Below, in pieces: positions 10,557 through 19,923 of a DNA stretch of 42,824 bases (its first letter is position 1; every line of letters starts with the position of its first letter). The translations under genes and the position numbers were made by a program. The stretch is from Thiohalophilus sp. Its GTDB lineage: Bacteria > Pseudomonadota > Gammaproteobacteria > UBA6429 > Thiohalophilaceae. The notes beneath the pieces are model-generated. The model was not told where the DNA came from. It worked only from the letters and a program-made list of their open reading frames with translations, and did no database searches. The stretch lies in the NCBI RefSeq assembly GCF_031581315.1, contig NZ_JAVLAZ010000011.1, forward strand, positions 1-42,824, given 5' to 3'.

Positions 10557-11215
10557 ACCGGCTACAGGCTGAAATGGGTCGATTTATTCCTTTTCCAGTC
10601 CATCTTGCCAGCGCCGTTGTCCTGGTGATGGGGCTGATGATCAATCCGGTATCCGCAGAAAATGTGGCGGAGGCGCTGTCGGCCAGTCAGCGCGGAGAGC
10701 ATGATCGGGCCCTGTCCATTTTGAAGCAACGCGCCGAGGCGGATGATCCGGTTGCGCAATACGATCTCGCCCTGTTTTATAAAAATGGTACCGGCGTTGC
10801 CTCTAACAGACAATTGGCGGAATACTGGTTCAAGCGGTCGGCCCGTGGTGGACTGGTCAATGCCTATGCCCAGTTGCGACAGGACGCGGTCCAGCCCGGA
10901 CAGCCGCCGCAGGTCGAGCTGGTGTTTGGTCCGCAGGAGTGGATACGGGTTCAGGAGCCCGGCAACTATACCCTTCAGCTGGCCAGCAGTCGCAACAGCC
11001 GGTTGATAAAGCGCTATTACGCCGAATACCAGCTCCAGGGTCGCGGCGGCTATTTTCTGAATAAAAACCGCGACCAGTATGCCCTGGTGTATGGCACCTA
11101 TCCCTCCGTGGCCGATGCCACCAGGGCGATCGAAACGCTCCCTGAGGCACTGCGTCAATGGCAGCCCTGGGTCAGGCAGCTGCGCCAGATCCAGGCGAGC
11201 ATGGCCGACGAGTAG
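10553..11215 (+). CDS. Exported SEL1-repeat + SPOR-domain protein
   Basis: Signal peptide, AQYDLALFYKNGTGV (SEL1), YTLQLAS...YGTY...LP..LRQWQPWVR (DamX-type SPOR). Confidence 0.75.
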   Translation: MNRLQAEMGRFIPFPVHLASAVVLVMGLMINPVSAENVAEALSASQRGEHDRALSILKQRAEADDPVAQYDLALFYKNGTGVASNRQLAEYWFKRSARGGLVNAYAQLRQDAVQPGQPPQVELVFGPQEWIRVQEPGNYTLQLASSRNSRLIKRYYAEYQLQGRGGYFLNKNRDQYALVYGTYPSVADATRAIETLPEALRQWQPWVRQLRQIQASMADE

Positions 11216-11281
11216 CCTCCCTGCCTCTTTTAGCCGGGTTCCCGGCGGTATAACCCTCCCGGTTGTCGGGTAAAACTGTGC

Positions 11282-11308
11282 TAAAGTTCACATTTTGTTT
11301 GCCGACAC
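11282..11308 (+). promoter_or_regulatory. Candidate sigma-28 promoter
   Basis: TAAA-gttcacattttgttt(15)-GCCGACAC. Confidence 0.65.
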
Positions 11309-11384
11309 CTTGAACAGGACTTGTAATACCGGGTCAATTTCAGGAGTCGGGCCCGAACAACCACTTCACGGGGGGTGAAGTGCC

Positions 11385-11987
11385 ATGACATGTTCACATA
11401 CCACCAATTGCCAGCTTTATGCCCAGTTCGCGGCCGATGCGTCGTTGAAATTGTGGAAACAACACTATTGCGAGGGGCTTTTCGACCAGTGCGCCCGCTA
11501 TCAACTTGCGCTGGAGGGCAAACCGGTCCCCTTGACCTTGCTGCCCAACGGCAAGATGGTTGAGCGTCGCTCCAAGGAGCAGATCAGTGCTTCGGCGCTG
11601 TTCAATGCCATCCAGAAACAGCGGGTCGGGGTCGTTCGCTCGCTGATCAAGACCGGCATGTCTTCCTATGAACTCAGGACCGAAGACGGTATGACGCCGC
11701 TGATGGCCTCGGTGACCGTGGGTAATGCGGAGCTGGTGAAACTGATGCTCGAATACGGCTGTGATCCCCATGCCACCAATGGCGAAGGGAAACGGGCTAT
11801 CGATCTGGCGAAGGCGTCTGGTTTCACCGATTGCGAGCAGATACTGCAAAAGCATATGGACTCCAACCCGTTCCGCAAAAATACGCAAGCGGCGCCCGCC
11901 ACGGTGCAAGCCGATGCTGAATCGGAAATGAATGAAGTAGTCGGTTTTTTACGTCGCCTGAATCCGTTTCGCTCCAGGGAGGCGTAA
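11385..11987 (+). CDS. Ankyrin-repeat protein with N-terminal 4-Cys domain
   Basis: C-x5-C...YC-x6-CARY...LLPNG, then GMTPLM...GNAELVKLMLEYGCDP ankyrin repeat. Confidence 0.8.
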   Translation: MTCSHTTNCQLYAQFAADASLKLWKQHYCEGLFDQCARYQLALEGKPVPLTLLPNGKMVERRSKEQISASALFNAIQKQRVGVVRSLIKTGMSSYELRTEDGMTPLMASVTVGNAELVKLMLEYGCDPHATNGEGKRAIDLAKASGFTDCEQILQKHMDSNPFRKNTQAAPATVQADAESEMNEVVGFLRRLNPFRSREA

Positions 11988-11990
11988 GCG

Positions 11991-12617
11991 GTGGAATACT
12001 GGCCCTGGTGGATTGGTGCGCTGGCGCTGGGCGGTGTCAGTCTCGGTTACCTGTTGCTGATCGGTAAAATGCTCGGGGTTTCCGGCAGCTGGGCCAAGGT
12101 GGTCGGCTGGAAGGAAGACCGGGAGCTGGCCCGTTCCGCCGCACAACTCGAAGAGGCCGATGATGGCGAAATCGAGGATGCACTGCTGGCCGCGACCCTG
12201 GCGGAATTCGGAGCGGGTGCCGTGGATGAGAAGTCATCCGCTGAGACGTCAGCCGGGGATGACACAACCACGGCAACCTCACAGACGGTGAGCCACACGC
12301 CGTGGACCGCGCATCTGACCTTTCTGCTGGCCATGTTTATTGGGGGCCTGATTGCGGCCCTGACCTCCGGGCAGTTTGAAGTTGAACTCCAGCTGAGTGA
12401 TACCCACAGTCGGATATTCGATGGTCCCATGGAAGTCTGGCTGGCGCTATTGTTTGGCGGCATGATGGTCGGCTTTGGCGCGCAGATGGCGGGAGGCTGC
12501 ACCTCCGGCCATGGCTTGAGCGGTTGTGCCCGACTGATTCCAGCCAGTTTGCTTTCTACCGTGGTATTCATGCTCAGTGCCATTGGTCTGTCTTTATTGA
12601 TGGAGGCGGCAATCTGA
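11991..12617 (+). CDS. YeeE/YedE family sulfur-compound transport protein
   Basis: WPWW.G, LGVSG, GFGAQMAGGCTSGHGLSG motif; GTG start. Confidence 0.9.
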   Translation: MEYWPWWIGALALGGVSLGYLLLIGKMLGVSGSWAKVVGWKEDRELARSAAQLEEADDGEIEDALLAATLAEFGAGAVDEKSSAETSAGDDTTTATSQTVSHTPWTAHLTFLLAMFIGGLIAALTSGQFEVELQLSDTHSRIFDGPMEVWLALLFGGMMVGFGAQMAGGCTSGHGLSGCARLIPASLLSTVVFMLSAIGLSLLMEAAI

Positions 12618-13045
12618 TGAAACAGTCCAGAACACGTATGTATCTTGCCTATGGGCTGATGGGTGGCCTGATGGGCTATGTGATCGCGCGTATTGGTTTT
12701 GGCGATTATGATGAACTCCATAATATGTTCATTTTGGAAGACCTGCGCATGTTGTATGCCTTCGCCGGTGCCGTTGCCCTGTCATTACTGGGTTTTATCA
12801 TTCTGGCGCGCCGTATTCCCAAACAGGAAAAATTTTTCCAGCCGGGAACGATTCCCGGCAGCATGTTGTTCGGCTTCGGCTGGGCGGTTTGCGGCGCCTG
12901 TCCAAGCATGGTATTCGTCCAGCTTGGTGCCGGTAAAATTCCGGCTTTGATGACGATGGTGGGGATCTTGCTGGGTATCTACCTGCACAAAAAAGCCCAC
13001 GCCCGCTATTTCCGCTGGGATACCGGATCCTGTGTCAGTGACTGA
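12617..13045 (+). CDS. YeeE/YedE family protein (partner half)
   Basis: GSMLFGFGWAVCGACP motif; ATG overlaps upstream TGA (TGATG). Confidence 0.88.
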   Translation: MKQSRTRMYLAYGLMGGLMGYVIARIGFGDYDELHNMFILEDLRMLYAFAGAVALSLLGFIILARRIPKQEKFFQPGTIPGSMLFGFGWAVCGACPSMVFVQLGAGKIPALMTMVGILLGIYLHKKAHARYFRWDTGSCVSD

Positions 13046-13282
13046 ATACGCACGTATCGACTCGGTTATACACGGTATGACTACGCAGAGTATCAAGTGA
13101 CGTGTTACTAACTGTTACACATTTGTAACGTCTTTGCTCGAAGTGGTCTTTTACCGGCACAGCGACCGGAACAGTGTTGGCACTTCGGCCGGGCGTTGTT
13201 ATATTCACCTGAAGACTATCCTGTTATTGTGCAAGTGCCCGGACGAGGCAGCATAGCAGATTGAGTAAAATTAATAAGAACA

Positions 13283-15556
13283 ATGAGCCGCCGCGTGTCA
13301 GACAACAAAAAAACGCCACAATCGGGCGACTCCATAGCGACAAATCACAATGCTGTTCGCTATCTCCGTCACCGCCTTCAACGCCTGTTACAGCTCACAG
13401 AGTTAAATAAATTCGATCCCGATAAATTCGATGATAAGGCTCTGCTTGAACAGGATCCGCTCGCGCTTGTAGCGGATGCCCTGGCAGAGATGATCGAGCG
13501 TCATCGTGTAACGACAGAAGAGTTGCGCATCGCTTACGCGGAGATCTGTGAAGTCCTCAATGCCTCCGGTGCCGCAATTATTGTTACCGACAGCGAAATG
13601 CGTATTGAAATGTACAATGAACAGTCACAAACCCTGTTGCAGGGCGATAGGGATGAAATAATAGGGAAGGTGTTTTTCGAGCAAATAACTGATTGCCCCT
13701 ACAAGGGAAATCAGCAAAAGCTGCGGGAGTTGATGGCGCAGGGAGTACGGACTAACCATACTGAATTTCAGATAGATGAAAGTTATTATAATGTCACTGT
13801 CGCGCCGATCCTCGATGAAGGCGGAGAGCCGGAAAAAACTATTTTCATGTTATTCGATGTGACCCGCCAGCGCGGAGATTTTAATCGCCAGAAGCTCTCT
13901 GCGGTGGTTCTGGAAAACACCAGTGAAGGCGTGGTGGTGACTGATCACAACAATCGGATTATCGAGGTCAATGAGGCCTTGCTGACTATCACCGGGTATA
14001 GAAAAGAAGAGCTGCTGGGTCAGGATCCGAATATCTTGAGTTCCGGTACCCACGATCGGGGTTTTTATGCCGAAATATGGGAGCAGCTTCAAAAAGAAGG
14101 CGTTTGGCGTGGTGAAATCTGGGATAGACGTAAAAACGGCGAACTTTTCCCGGCCTGGCAAACGATCAATACGATTCGTAATGACGCCGGTGATGTACTT
14201 AATTATGTGTCCATCTTCTCCGATATCAGCGCCCTCAAACAGTCACAGGAAAAACTCGACTTTCTGGCCTATCATGATCCTTTGACCTCTTTACCCAACC
14301 GGGTTCTGTTTATGGATCGCCTGACTCAGGCGCTGGAGAAATCCGCGCGTGAAAGCAGAAAACTGGCGATTATCTTTATCGACCTGGATCGTTTCAAAAA
14401 TATCAACGATACACTGGGCCACGCCCTGGGCGATAAATTGCTGGTGGATGCGGCGTCACGCTTTCTTATGAATATCCGCAAGTCCGACACCGTCGCCCGG
14501 CTGGGCGGCGACGAGTTTGTGGTGTTGCTGGAGAATATTGAATCAGAAGAGCATGTGGCCTATTTCGCCGAAAAGCTGCTTAATACTTTTATCGACCCGT
14601 TTGTGATCAATGAGAACTATCTGCATCTGAGCCTGAGCATGGGGATTTGTCTCAGCCCCGATGATGGCCGGGATGTGGAGACGCTGCTGAAAAATGCCGA
14701 CGCGGCCATGTATCGCGCCAAGGATCAGGGTCGCAACGGATTCCAGTTTTTCACCTCGGAATTGTCGCGCAGGGCCCACGAAAAACTGACACTCGAAACC
14801 AATCTGCGCCAGGCTATCGAGCAGAACCAGCTGGATTTGCATTACCAGCCTCAAAACCAGTTGGATAATGGCCGGATCACTTCGGCCGAAGCCCTGTTGC
14901 GCTGGTCGCATCCCGAACTGGGCGCGATTCCGCCGGATCGTTTTATCCCGATAGCCGAGGAGACCGGGTTGATCGTTCCGATTGGTGACTGGGTCATTAC
15001 CCGCGCCTGTGAGCAATTGCGCCAGTGGCGCGAGGCCGGCTATGAAATTCAGCAGATAGCGATTAATGTCTCCGGTGTCCAGTTACAACGGGGTGACCTG
15101 GTCAGGCATATTCTCAGTACTTGTGATTATTATCAGCTGGCCGTTTCCGATCTCGAACTGGAAATTACCGAATCGATTCTGATGGAAGACACCGAGAGTG
15201 CAATTCGTATCCTGACCGAACTGCAAAAACACGGTGCGACCATTACTATCGATGATTTCGGAACCGGCTATTCCTCATTGGGCTATCTCAAGAAGCTTCC
15301 GGTTAACAAGCTGAAAATCGACCGGGATTTCATTCGCGATATTGTCAGCGATCCCGATGATGCCGCCATTGTGCGGGCGATTCTGGCCATGGCGGAAAAT
15401 CTGCAGCTGACAGTGATTGCCGAGGGCGTCGAAGAAAAGGCGCATTGTGATTTTCTGCATGCACAAAACTGTACGATCGCCCAGGGCTATTATTTCAGTC
15501 GGCCGGTACCCGCGATCGAGTTTCAGAAACTGCTCATGCAGGAACTATCTGCCTGA
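13283..15556 (+). CDS. PAS-PAS-GGDEF-EAL c-di-GMP signalling protein
   Basis: Two PAS/PAC regions, RKSD I-site, GGDEF, EALLRW, DDFGTGYSSL. Confidence 0.95.
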   Translation: MSRRVSDNKKTPQSGDSIATNHNAVRYLRHRLQRLLQLTELNKFDPDKFDDKALLEQDPLALVADALAEMIERHRVTTEELRIAYAEICEVLNASGAAIIVTDSEMRIEMYNEQSQTLLQGDRDEIIGKVFFEQITDCPYKGNQQKLRELMAQGVRTNHTEFQIDESYYNVTVAPILDEGGEPEKTIFMLFDVTRQRGDFNRQKLSAVVLENTSEGVVVTDHNNRIIEVNEALLTITGYRKEELLGQDPNILSSGTHDRGFYAEIWEQLQKEGVWRGEIWDRRKNGELFPAWQTINTIRNDAGDVLNYVSIFSDISALKQSQEKLDFLAYHDPLTSLPNRVLFMDRLTQALEKSARESRKLAIIFIDLDRFKNINDTLGHALGDKLLVDAASRFLMNIRKSDTVARLGGDEFVVLLENIESEEHVAYFAEKLLNTFIDPFVINENYLHLSLSMGICLSPDDGRDVETLLKNADAAMYRAKDQGRNGFQFFTSELSRRAHEKLTLETNLRQAIEQNQLDLHYQPQNQLDNGRITSAEALLRWSHPELGAIPPDRFIPIAEETGLIVPIGDWVITRACEQLRQWREAGYEIQQIAINVSGVQLQRGDLVRHILSTCDYYQLAVSDLELEITESILMEDTESAIRILTELQKHGATITIDDFGTGYSSLGYLKKLPVNKLKIDRDFIRDIVSDPDDAAIVRAILAMAENLQLTVIAEGVEEKAHCDFLHAQNCTIAQGYYFSRPVPAIEFQKLLMQELSA

Positions 15557-15632
15557 CAAACAGGGATCTGATAAGGCTTCTTCGCAGCCGAACATTCTGA
15601 ACCTGGCTGGGATTATGCTTGTGCTGACAGAC

Positions 15633-15664
15633 AAAAAAACGCCACCGAAAGGGTGGCGTTTTTT
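15633..15664. terminator. Bidirectional terminator between the EAL gene and ssrA
   Basis: aaaaaaacgccacc-gaaag-ggtggcgtttttt. Confidence 0.9.
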
Positions 15665-15670
15665 ACTGGA

Positions 15671-16034
15671 TGGTGGAGGCGGCGGGAATCGAACCCGCGT
15701 CCGCAAGTCCTCTGCCATTGGCTCTACATGCTTATCCGCGTCTATTGTTTTAACCGGCAGCAACCCGACGGGCAGGGCCAACTGACGGCGATTCCGGTTA
15801 GGTTTTAACGTCGCAGCCCCGGACGAGCTTTGACGCGATCCTGTGAGATATGACCCCTGGAATCTGAACGCACAGGCACGGCTTCAGTCAGAGGGCACCC
15901 TACCGGGTTTTAAGCGGCGAGTGCGTAGTTGTCGTCGTTGGCAACTATAGATTTGCAGATGGATTTACGAGGAAACCTGCATCCTCGGCATGCACCTCCG
16001 GTTTCGCAACCCGCGTCGAAGCCAGGTCGCCCCC
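15671..16034 (-). ncRNA. ssrA: tmRNA
   Basis: 5' GGGGGCGACCTGGCTTCGAC, 3' T-arm ...CGCCTCCACCA; tag ANDDNYALAA* at 15942-15910; adjacent smpB. Confidence 0.97.
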
Positions 16035-16081
16035 TTGGTACTTACTATCTGACTACTATTCTAGCGGATAGTTCCCTGTAT

Positions 16082-16109
16082 ATATAGGGGCACTGCGGGG
16101 ATTAACAAG
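16082..16109 (-). promoter_or_regulatory. Possible sigma-32-like promoter for ssrA
   Basis: Minus strand CTTGTT-N13-CCCCTATAT; imperfect match. Confidence 0.3.
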
Positions 16110-16231
16110 GTGCTAGGTACTAGGTTCTAGGTGCTAGGAAATTGCGGGTAGGCCTGACTGAGCGCCCTTCGGGCTTACTGGCTGAGGGTCAGGCTGGTTT
16201 TCTAGGACCTGGCTCCTAGGACCTGGCCCCT
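16108..16231. repeat. Inverted-repeat cassette, 7-bp unit AGGNNCT
   Basis: Left (aggtNct)x4-aggaaa at 16108-16141; right arm 16198-16231 is its imperfect reverse complement and contains the smpB stop. Confidence 0.85.
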
Positions 16232-16704
16232 TTAATGATGCGCTGTTTGTCCCGTTGCCAGTCGCGTTCCTTGATGGCGGCGCGTTTGTCGTGGGCCTGT
16301 TTGCCCTTGGCGAGGGCGATTTCGAGTTTGGCCCGGCCTTTTTTCCAGTACATGGCGGTGGGAATGAGGGCATAGCCCTTGCGTTCCACGGCACCGATCA
16401 GCTTGTTCAGTTCATCGCGGTGCAGTAGCAGTTTGCGGGTCCGCTGGGGTTCGGGCTGGATATGGGTGGAAACGGTGGGCAGCGGGGTGATCACGGCGCC
16501 CAGCAACCAGGCTTCGCCATCCTTGACGATCACGTAGCTGTCCCGGATTTGCACGCGCCCCTCGCGCAGGCTCTTGACTTCCCAGCCTTGCAAAGCCAGA
16601 CCGGCCTCGAAACGCTCCTCCAGGATATAGTCGTGGCGGGATTTCTTGTTCAGCACGATAGTGCTGCTGGTGTGTCCCGATTTGGTTTTCTTTGGCTTGC
16701 CCAT
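16216..16704 (-). CDS. smpB: SsrA-binding protein SmpB
   Basis: [35 protein letters not shown]. Confidence 0.98.
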   Translation of the reverse strand: MGKPKKTKSGHTSSTIVLNKKSRHDYILEERFEAGLALQGWEVKSLREGRVQIRDSYVIVKDGEAWLLGAVITPLPTVSTHIQPEPQRTRKLLLHRDELNKLIGAVERKGYALIPTAMYWKKGRAKLEIALAKGKQAHDKRAAIKERDWQRDKQRIIKGARS

Positions 16705-16818
16705 AACCGCGCATTATACCGGAGCTGCGCGAGGGCAGATAGTTAAGCGGGAACAAAAGCTGCCCGGGAGGTTGAGCCGGGGAGAGAATTCACCGAAAAT
16801 CCGGGCATAACGAAAATA

Positions 16819-18207
16819 ATGGAGCAGGGCATGGCACGCAAATCGATGCATGGGGAATGGTCATCGCGCTGGGCATTTGTCCTGGCGGCGACCGGTTCAG
16901 CGGTTGGTCTGGGCAATATCTGGAAGTTCCCTTATATCACCGGGGAGAACGGTGGCGGTGCGTTTGTGCTGGTCTATCTGGCCTGTATCATCGTGATCGG
17001 GATTCCGGTGATGATGGCCGAGATCATGCTGGGGCGACGGGGTCGCCAGAGCCCGATTAACACCATGCATGACCTGGCGGTCGAATCGGGTCACAATCCC
17101 AACTGGAAATGGCTGGGCTGGCTGGGTGTGCTGGCCGGATTTCTGATTCTGTCCTATTACAGCGTGATTGCCGGCTGGTCGCTGGCGTATGTCTTCCGCT
17201 CCGCCAGCGGCGCCTTTACCGGGGCCACGGCCGATGGTGTCGAGAGTCTGTTTCTGGAGCGTTTTCTGGCGCACCCTGAAACCCTGTTGTTCTGGCATAC
17301 CCTGTTTATGGCCATGACCATGATAATCGTTGCTCGCGGGGTTAAAAGCGGGCTGGAATCGGCGGTCAAGTTCCTGATGCCAACCCTGTTTTTGCTGTTA
17401 CTGGTCATGGTGGGCTATGCCATGAGCCAGGGCGAAGCCTTCACGCAGGGACTGGAATTCATGTTCAGGCCCAATTTTTCGGCCCTGACCTGGGGTGGCG
17501 TATTGACCGCCATGGGACAGGCTTTTTTCACCCTGAGCCTGGGGATGGGGGCCATCATGGTCTATGGTTCCTATCTCTCGCATACGGCGTCCATTAGCCG
17601 GACGACATTTGCCATCGCCGCCGCCGACACCAGTGTCGCCCTGCTGGCGGGGATTGCCATCTTCCCCATTATTTTTGCCAATAACATGGAACCGTCGGCC
17701 GGGCCGGGATTGATCTTCATTAGTTTGCCGCTGGCCTTCGGGCATATGCCGGGCGGGGTTCTGTTTGGCAGCCTGTTCTTCGTGTTGCTGAGTTTCGCTG
17801 CCTGGACCTCCAGTATCTCGTTACTGGAGCCTGTGGTCACCTGGCTGGTAGAAACCTTTAGTCTGCGCCGGATTACGGCCACGCTTTACGCGGGGATCCT
17901 GACCTGGCTGCTGGGTGTGGTCAGTGTCTTCTCCTTTAATGATTGGGCGTTTGAATTCGAGTTTGCCGGTGTACTGAAGGAGAACGGGGTTTTCGATATC
18001 CTTGATATCCTGACTACCAATATCATGTTGCCGCTGGGCGGGCTGTTCATCGCCATCTTCGCCGCCTGGTTTATGAGCCGTGAAGCGAGCCGTGACGAGC
18101 TCGGGCTGGGCGACAGCATGCGCTATAATCTATGGCGTTTCCTGGTGAAATTCGTCACGCCGGCGGCCATTTTACTGGTCTTTTTAAACATGCTCGGCAT
18201 CATCTAA
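16819..18207 (+). CDS. Sodium-dependent transporter, NSS/SNF family
   Basis: WSSRWAFVLAATGSAVGLGNIWKFPY...GGGAF; start may be 16831. Confidence 0.95.
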   Translation: MEQGMARKSMHGEWSSRWAFVLAATGSAVGLGNIWKFPYITGENGGGAFVLVYLACIIVIGIPVMMAEIMLGRRGRQSPINTMHDLAVESGHNPNWKWLGWLGVLAGFLILSYYSVIAGWSLAYVFRSASGAFTGATADGVESLFLERFLAHPETLLFWHTLFMAMTMIIVARGVKSGLESAVKFLMPTLFLLLLVMVGYAMSQGEAFTQGLEFMFRPNFSALTWGGVLTAMGQAFFTLSLGMGAIMVYGSYLSHTASISRTTFAIAAADTSVALLAGIAIFPIIFANNMEPSAGPGLIFISLPLAFGHMPGGVLFGSLFFVLLSFAAWTSSISLLEPVVTWLVETFSLRRITATLYAGILTWLLGVVSVFSFNDWAFEFEFAGVLKENGVFDILDILTTNIMLPLGGLFIAIFAAWFMSREASRDELGLGDSMRYNLWRFLVKFVTPAAILLVFLNMLGII

Positions 18208-18225
18208 CCTGTGACCTGATGGACT

Positions 18226-18654
18226 ATGCAGATCAATAAAAGCGCCCTCGTGCCTTACAGCCCCGACCAGATGTATGCCCTGGTGGATGATATTGTGGCC
18301 TATCCGCAGTTTTTGCCATGGTGTCATCATGCCGAGGAACATCACCGCACGGACAGCCATGTCGAGGCCAGTCTCGAGATTGCTCACAGCGGGCTGCACA
18401 AATCCTTTACCACTCGCAATGAGCTCTATCCGCACGAGCGCATCGAAATGAGCCTGGTCAAAGGGCCGTTCAAAAGCCTGAAAGGGGTCTGGCGATTCGA
18501 GCCCCTGGGCGATGATGGCTGCAAGGTGTCGCTGGAGATGGATTTCGAGTTCTCCAGCAAGTTGATGGGGATGACCTTCGGTTCTCTGTTCAGCAAGATT
18601 GCCGGCACGCTGGTGGATTCTTTTATCGAACGCGCCCGGGTGGTGTATGGCTGA
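18226..18654 (+). CDS. ratA: RatA/PasT (START-domain, Coq10-like) protein
   Basis: VPYSPDQMYALVDD..YPQFLPWC, FTTRN, GPFKSLKGVWRF. Confidence 0.93.
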   Translation: MQINKSALVPYSPDQMYALVDDIVAYPQFLPWCHHAEEHHRTDSHVEASLEIAHSGLHKSFTTRNELYPHERIEMSLVKGPFKSLKGVWRFEPLGDDGCKVSLEMDFEFSSKLMGMTFGSLFSKIAGTLVDSFIERARVVYG

Positions 18655-18961
18655 GCCTGCCTCAACACTTCCGGTGGAAGTGGCCTATGCGCGCCCGGAT
18701 GAGCAGGTCCTCATTCCCCTGGAGGTAGCGCCCGGAACGACGGTCCAGCAGGCCATCGAATTGTCCGGGGTGCTCGAACAGTTTCCCGAAATCGATCTGG
18801 CCAAAAACAAGCTGGGCATCTTTGGCAAGATCACCCGCGCGGATACCGAATTGCGGGAGCGGGACCGGGTGGAGATCTACCGCCCGTTGATCGCCGATCC
18901 CAAGGAGTCGCGCCGGCGCCGGGCGGCCAAAAAAGAGCCGGAGAGCGAGTCGAAAGACTAA
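18647..18961 (+). CDS. rnfH: RnfH/RatB family protein
   Basis: VEVAYA, GIFGK, DRVEIYRPLIADPKESRRRRA; start ATG 18647. Confidence 0.93.
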   Translation: MAEPASTLPVEVAYARPDEQVLIPLEVAPGTTVQQAIELSGVLEQFPEIDLAKNKLGIFGKITRADTELRERDRVEIYRPLIADPKESRRRRAAKKEPESESKD

Positions 18962-18971
18962 TCAGCAGCCC

Positions 18972-19409
18972 TCAGGGCATCGGCAGGCCACCGCCGGGTG
19001 AGGGACGCGGCGGTGCCGGACCCCGATCGCCGCCGGTGCTCTGGCTGGCCGTGTCGGCACGGCCGCTACCGGTGGGTGTGTAAATCTTGTTGAAATCGAC
19101 AAACGCCGAGCGGTCGATCTTCGCCAGGCTTCCGTTCTCGAAATAGAGCGTCAGATGCTGGCTTTCGGGCTTGCCGCCACCGGGCTTGAAGCTGTAGACA
19201 TAGTCCCAGCGCCCGGGATGAAATGGATCCCGAATCAGTGGCGTGCCCAGCAGGTAAACCACCTGCTCGCGGGACATGCCGGGCTCGAGTTCATTCACCT
19301 GCGGGGCTTCGAGCGTGTTGCCCTGCTGTATGTCGACCTTGTAGACCGAACAGCCTGCCGGCCCGAGGGCGAGCAGGGTCGGTAAAATCAGAATGAGAAG
19401 GTTTCGCAT
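18972..19409 (-). CDS. bamE: Outer membrane assembly lipoprotein BamE
   Basis: AGC lipobox, YKVDIQQGN, GMSREQV..LLGTP, RWDY; divergent from fur. Confidence 0.93.
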   Translation of the reverse strand: MRNLLILILPTLLALGPAGCSVYKVDIQQGNTLEAPQVNELEPGMSREQVVYLLGTPLIRDPFHPGRWDYVYSFKPGGGKPESQHLTLYFENGSLAKIDRSAFVDFNKIYTPTGSGRADTASQSTGGDRGPAPPRPSPGGGLPMP

Positions 19410-19480
19410 TTCTATCCCGGATACGGTTATACTTGGGCGCATGATACAGCATGCGCAAGACAGGTTGTAGAGAGAGCGAA

Positions 19481-19900
19481 ATGGAAAGCCAGGATCTGAA
19501 AAAAGCCGGCCTCAAGGCCACCCTGCCGCGGCTGAAAATACTCAACTTCCTTGAGGACACCGAGGTCAGGCATATGACCGCCGAGGAAGTCTACAAGGCC
19601 CTGCTGGAAAGCGGGGATGAAATCGGTCTGGCGACGGTCTATCGTGTCCTCACCCAGTTCGAAGCTGCCGGCCTGGTAACCCGTCACCATTTCGAAGGCG
19701 GTCAGTCGGTATTCGAGCTCAACGAAGGCACCCATCACGATCACATCCTGTGCGTCAAATGCGGCCGCGTCGACGAGTTCATGGACGAAACCATCGAAGA
19801 ACGCCAGCACGCCATCGCCGACAAACTCGGCTACTCCATGACCGACCATTCTTTATATATATACGGCGTCTGCCCCGATTGTCAGAAAAAAGCGAAGTGA
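19481..19900 (+). CDS. fur: Ferric uptake regulator
   Basis: LKKAGLKATLPR, GLATVYRVL, HHDH, two CxxC. Confidence 0.98.
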   Translation: MESQDLKKAGLKATLPRLKILNFLEDTEVRHMTAEEVYKALLESGDEIGLATVYRVLTQFEAAGLVTRHHFEGGQSVFELNEGTHHDHILCVKCGRVDEFMDETIEERQHAIADKLGYSMTDHSLYIYGVCPDCQKKAK

Positions 19901-19923
19901 CCTTTTTCAGGTAAACGATATTC

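Noticed and set aside
15560-15671. Integrated island at the tmRNA 3' end
   Set aside because: The terminator follows ssrA directly; no integrase or duplicated 3' end is seen in the window.
16074-16090. ccctgtatatataggg as a LexA box
   Set aside because: Lacks the CAG half-site; better explained as part of the ssrA promoter region.
16819-18207. NSS transporter between smpB and ratA as a foreign insertion
   Set aside because: Host-like composition, and I recall this order from other gammaproteobacteria.
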